From assembly GCA_965217585.1 (NCBI GenBank), contig OZ244561.1, positions 3,072,001-3,136,000 of the forward strand: 64,000 bases of DNA, read 5' to 3'. Below are positions 60,261 through 64,000 of the stretch, one piece after another. The translations under genes were made by a program, and so were the position numbers. The notes beneath the pieces are model-generated. The model was not told the DNA's origin. It saw nothing but the letters and a program-made list of their open reading frames with translations, and searched no databases. The DNA is from Candidatus Latescibacterota bacterium (lineage in GTDB: Bacteria > Latescibacterota > UBA2968 > UBA8231). Position 1 is the first letter of the stretch; each line of letters starts with the position of its first letter.

Positions 60261-62906
60261 TCACCGCGCGGCTTGGGGCTTGACAGTGCAAGTGGGACAG
60301 ACGCGCCGCAGGTGTTCGCGCCGCACCTGCCACAGGTCGAGGGCCTTCACTAATTCGCATTCGGCCTGCCCCACCTTGCCCCGCCGCTGCAACTTCCTCC
60401 GGTCGAGCGTTGAATCCAGTTTGTGGGTTGGGACCGGGCAGGGGCCGCTGCGAAAGGCCAGCCCCAAGACCTCCTCCACAGCCCCGTCTTGGCGCACGAT
60501 CCGGTCCTTGAGGGCAAAGGACTCGATGCAGCCGCAGGGCACGGACAGCTCGGCTACGTGATAAGCCGTGCTGGTGTCGTGCGTCGTGCCCAGCGCGAGG
60601 ATGTAGCCGCCGCCGTGTACCAATTTGCCGATCGGGCTATCTGCGGCCCAGATGCCGGCTTCGAGATGACCGTGGCAGTAGTGGCGGGCCCGCGGCCCAA
60701 TCGCCGCCACCGCATGGGTCGGATGCATGCTGCGCTCGGCCTCGGCGCGCCGCCACAGCGCGTCCGGGATCGAGCCGTTGGTGGTGGGGGTGGTCAGTGG
60801 GTTGAAGACCGCCGCCGCGCGGTGATTGAACGAAGGGGCCAGCAGGGTTCCCCGCTTGCCGACGGCTTGCAAGAGCGCGTCAACGACGGTCTCGGCACCG
60901 CCCTCGACAAAGCCGATGGCCGATAGGGAGCTGTGTACCATCAGGTCCATGCCTGGGGCGACGCCCAAGTTGCGCAAATCCGCCACCAGCGCCCGGCGGC
61001 TGACCATCTCCGCCGGGTTGATCAACTCGGCATAGCCCAATTCGGCGTGGGCCGCAAAGTAGGCGTGGACCCGGTCGATGGCGATAGGCTCTGTTGCTTG
61101 CTTTCGCGGTCCTGCGCTGGAGTCGGCCTCCTCGCAGGCGATGCGCTCGGCGATTTCGCCCAAGCTGCGGCGGCCATCGGCCCAAAACAGGGACCAAGGG
61201 GTAAACTGCGCGGCGGCGATGCGCTCGCTTATGGCCACAGGCGCGTTCTCCGCCGTCGGCGAGAGCACAGCCGTGCGCCGGGGTACCAGCCGCGCCTCGG
61301 CAGGTCGGCGCGGACGCTTTACCGGCGGTATGTCCTCGGCGGCGGCCGCAATTTGTCGCTCGCCGTCGGCGATGGCTCCCAAGACCTCGCTGCGCCCGCC
61401 GCCCCAGAGCCAGCGCGTTAGCCGCTGCACACTGCGGCTGTGCGCGTCGCGGGTGTACTCGGCTTCAACGCGGGAGCCTTTTTGGCGTTTTAGCACCCCG
61501 AGAAAGTACTCGTTCTCGGTGCGGACCAATTCTCCCACCTCCGCACTACCGAGGTCGGCCAAGTAGTGCACATAGGCCGCTATAGCGGCGGCGCAGGTCT
61601 CCAGCCCCTTGGGACTGAGCAGTTTTTCCACGTCGGCCGAAGAGTGATAGGCATCAAAGCCGCGCCCGCTCTTTTGGTGGTGCGTCGTCAGCCAGGGACA
61701 GGGGAATCCGTATTGCGGGTCGCCGATCAGGGTGTCGGAAGTGGACATAAAGTGCGCTGGATATACGCGGTAGCCGGGTTGGTGCTGCCGCACCCCGGCG
61801 CGCAGGATCGCCGCGCCGACGCGATCGACAAAACTGGCCGACATTGGGATCGTCCCGTGCCACTCCAAGCGGCCGTCGCAGACTTCGGGCCGGGATCCGA
61901 CCGTGTCGATACACGCACCGGCCAACGGCGTCTGGAATCTCCGCATCCGCTCTAGGTAAGCAAAAAACCCGTAGCACTCGTACGCGTTGAGCAGGCGGAT
62001 GGTGCGCTTAGGCCGCGCGATCTCGCCGGCTTGGATAAGCCCTTCGATTATCCGGGCGATCTCCAAGGTCACAGCTACGCCCGACGCGTTATCTACGGCC
62101 CCCGGCTCGGCGCTATGGGCAATGACCCAAACTTCGTCTTGGGGGTCGTCGGCTCCGGCGATGATCCCGCTAACCACATCGTGGCTGCCCACGTATTTGC
62201 GGACATCGGCCACCACCTGTACCGTCAGCGCCCCATGCTGCTGCGCCAGCCGCCTGAGCTGTTCTCCTTGGCTGGCAGAGATCGCAAAGCCCACTAGGCG
62301 CGCCGTTCCCTGCTGCGGGGGGATCGCGCCCCACCCGAACTTGGTCCAGGCCACTGCATCTGGCAGGTTGGGGACCTGTTGGTCGGAGATGACCGCAGCA
62401 GCGCCCTTATCGGCGAGCAGCTTGAGGTGAGTGCGCGGGTCTAGTTTCGTCAGCACGAGCGCCCCGGCGAGTCCATCGGCCGGCTGCCGCTCGATTTCTT
62501 CAGCGTGGTCGAGGATAAATAGCCGCAGCCGCAAGCCACCCGGTGGCGTCGCCGCGCTCCATTGGATGAGGTGCCAGGGGTTGACCTGCCAATCCAGTAC
62601 CCGCTCCGCGACTGGATGCACCACATCGACGGTCGCTCCTTGGACATCGGCCGCCTCCTGGATGATCCACCGCCCAGAGCCGATCCGCCCTCCCGTCTGA
62701 ATCGCCTCGACCTCGGCGCGCGCCCCGGCGGCCTCGTACCGCCGCACCAGCGTCGCGGTCGTCTCGTGAAAGCGGTCAAACGAATTCCAGCGATCGGTAG
62801 CGACCACTTCCCGCACCGCCCCCATCATTTCTCGTCCATTCGCCGCCTGCAACATCAGCGGCAAGGTTTGGCGGCAGAGCCGCTGCAACGATTTCGCGCT
62901 AGCCAT
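60261..62906 (-). CDS. M28/DUF4910-like peptidase fused to an AAC(3)-family N-acetyltransferase
   Basis: IAH...GAVDNASG, E, DTVG and YHSSAD; C-terminal LGVAPGMDLMVHSS, RSMHPTHAVAAIG, TAYHVAE. Confidence 0.82.
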   Translation of the reverse strand: MASAKSLQRLCRQTLPLMLQAANGREMMGAVREVVATDRWNSFDRFHETTATLVRRYEAAGARAEVEAIQTGGRIGSGRWIIQEAADVQGATVDVVHPVAERVLDWQVNPWHLIQWSAATPPGGLRLRLFILDHAEEIERQPADGLAGALVLTKLDPRTHLKLLADKGAAAVISDQQVPNLPDAVAWTKFGWGAIPPQQGTARLVGFAISASQGEQLRRLAQQHGALTVQVVADVRKYVGSHDVVSGIIAGADDPQDEVWVIAHSAEPGAVDNASGVAVTLEIARIIEGLIQAGEIARPKRTIRLLNAYECYGFFAYLERMRRFQTPLAGACIDTVGSRPEVCDGRLEWHGTIPMSASFVDRVGAAILRAGVRQHQPGYRVYPAHFMSTSDTLIGDPQYGFPCPWLTTHHQKSGRGFDAYHSSADVEKLLSPKGLETCAAAIAAYVHYLADLGSAEVGELVRTENEYFLGVLKRQKGSRVEAEYTRDAHSRSVQRLTRWLWGGGRSEVLGAIADGERQIAAAAEDIPPVKRPRRPAEARLVPRRTAVLSPTAENAPVAISERIAAAQFTPWSLFWADGRRSLGEIAERIACEEADSSAGPRKQATEPIAIDRVHAYFAAHAELGYAELINPAEMVSRRALVADLRNLGVAPGMDLMVHSSLSAIGFVEGGAETVVDALLQAVGKRGTLLAPSFNHRAAAVFNPLTTPTTNGSIPDALWRRAEAERSMHPTHAVAAIGPRARHYCHGHLEAGIWAADSPIGKLVHGGGYILALGTTHDTSTAYHVAELSVPCGCIESFALKDRIVRQDGAVEEVLGLAFRSGPCPVPTHKLDSTLDRRKLQRRGKVGQAECELVKALDLWQVRREHLRRVCPTCTVKPQAAR

Positions 62907-62957
62907 GATCTCCTCCTTGTTTTGGCATCTAATAAAGGTCAGCGCTTGGATTGTAAC

Positions 62958-63004
62958 AAAAAAGCGGGGAGCTAGCGGACGAAAACGTCCACGAACTCCC
63001 CGCT
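62958..63004 (-). terminator. Terminator-like hairpin after the small HTH gene
   Basis: AGCGGGGAG...CTCCCCGCT followed by a T-tract on the minus strand. Confidence 0.55.
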
Positions 63005-63029
63005 GGTCGAGCGCGATATGTGATGCCTA

Positions 63030-63284
63030 TTAATTGAGGTCGAGTACCTCTTCTATCGCCTCCATCTCTTGCAAGTCGATGTCGATGTCTAAGAGATCAG
63101 CGTCGCGCTGGCGGAAGAACTCCTCGCGCCGCCGGCGCTTGCGCGCATAGGGCGTCTCGATGTTGTAGAGCCGGCAAAGCCGGCTGAAACTGCCCGGGGC
63201 GATACCCAGTGCACGGCTGGCTTCTTGGTTGCTCGCGTAGATGCGCGCCGCGCGCTTGATGCGTTCTGGCTCGATTTTGCGCAT
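63030..63284 (-). CDS. Small HTH-like protein with acidic tail
   Basis: SNQEASRALGIAPGSFSRLCR resembles a Fis-type HTH; GGAG RBS. Confidence 0.72.
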   Translation of the reverse strand: MRKIEPERIKRAARIYASNQEASRALGIAPGSFSRLCRLYNIETPYARKRRRREEFFRQRDADLLDIDIDLQEMEAIEEVLDLN

Positions 63285-63338
63285 GAGTTGTGTTCTCTCC
63301 AGATCTTCAATTGGTGCAAAGTTCGACGAAATTCAACG

Positions 63339-63395
63339 AAAAAAGCCGCAGCATTTTTGCGCCGCAGCCATTAAAAAAGCCGCTGGAAAGCGGCT
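63339..63395 (-). terminator. Two tandem intrinsic terminator-like hairpins upstream of the HTH gene
   Basis: Minus strand AGCCGC-TTTCCA-GCGGCT-TTTTT, then GCTGCGGC...GCTGCGGC (G.U pairs)-TTTTTT. Confidence 0.6.
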
Positions 63396-63941
63396 ATATC
63401 GAGTTCGATGTATCGCCGGTTTCCGGGACGCAAAAGTGCCCTCCTTATCGAAAGCGCTGTCCCGAAAACCCCGTGGGAAAGCCCTTGCACGCGCGGTCAA
63501 TCGCCTGAGACGATTACATTGCGAATGCGAGGTGAATTCCCGATTCGGCTGGGCGTTTTAGCCAGCCGATGCACGCAACCTGAAGAGTCGTGCGTGTATT
63601 CTAGGGATTGGGACGAACGCGCAACGCGCGGATGCTGTTCGTAGCCCGCATATTTGGGACCGTATGGCCGCCCCCGCCGGGGAGCTGGCTCCTAATACTA
63701 CACGAGGATTGATGTGCGAAGAGAATCATTACTTTTGCCCTCCTCTCCATGGTGATGTGCAATTTGCTTTGCACGGTTTTTGATTGCCTTTTAGTTTCAC
63801 TTTTAAGGTGATATATTGTCAAGGAAAAAATGCCTAAGAATAGAAAAAAAAGAACTTTACGTCATTTTCTGAATATCTCTTAATTAATCCGCATATTTAT
63901 CAATCAACCCGCATCGCGCCCTCCTCGCAGGAGCTTGTGCC

Positions 63942-64000
63942 ATGGCCATTAGCATCCACCCCCGCAACCCCAAGCTGTTCCAATTTCGCGGCCAGCCCTT
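63942..64000 (+). CDS. Partial CDS, possibly glycoside hydrolase-like; runs off the window
   Basis: AGGAG RBS, then MAISIHPRNPKLFQFRGQP. Confidence 0.6.
   Translation, partial: MAISIHPRNPKLFQFRGQP

Noticed and set aside
60031-60360. 110-aa N-terminal extension of the NHL lipoprotein
   Set aside because: It overlaps the peptidase-AAC(3) 3' end and the repeat scar. The signal peptide starts at 60030.
63420-63480. c-di-GMP-I riboswitch suggested by GGGACGCAAAA
   Set aside because: The upstream GGCAAAC...GAAA P2 stem is missing, and the match is on the strand opposite the adjacent HTH gene.

Overview
GC-rich bacterial chromosome segment. The gene content (many PhyH dioxygenases, enolase-superfamily proteins, class I LysRS, NHL/TPR proteins, decayed toxin-antitoxin modules) resembles Latescibacterota/Poribacteria-like sponge symbionts; that taxonomy is inference only. 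Bases 1-15.2 kb form a minus-strand defence island: SNF2 helicase with a DUF3883 nuclease, AAA-ATPase/PD-(D/E)XK nuclease, a tandem and partly decayed array of small-protein + retropepsin-like aspartyl protease pairs, a low-GC 572-aa protein with a HEPN-like motif, a DUF1156 adenine methyltransferase, and a downstream gene broken by IS630 and an IS1595-like element that itself carries an ISAs1. Bases 15-35 kb are sugar/acid catabolism genes (ABC importer, GH172, enolases, GalB-like PIG-L, FAD oxidase, amidohydrolase + Rieske, PhyH). Bases 36-64 kb mix housekeeping genes (mnmA, ahcY, pckA, comEC, yhbY, infA, class I lysS) with an ECF sigma module, a 2-oxoacid dehydrogenase whose E2 lacks the catalytic His, a DUF433/PIN pair, a peptidase-AAC(3) fusion and a ~450-nt structured non-coding region. 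No rRNA, tRNA or genuine CRISPR array was seen. All family assignments come from motif recognition by eye; no database searches were run.
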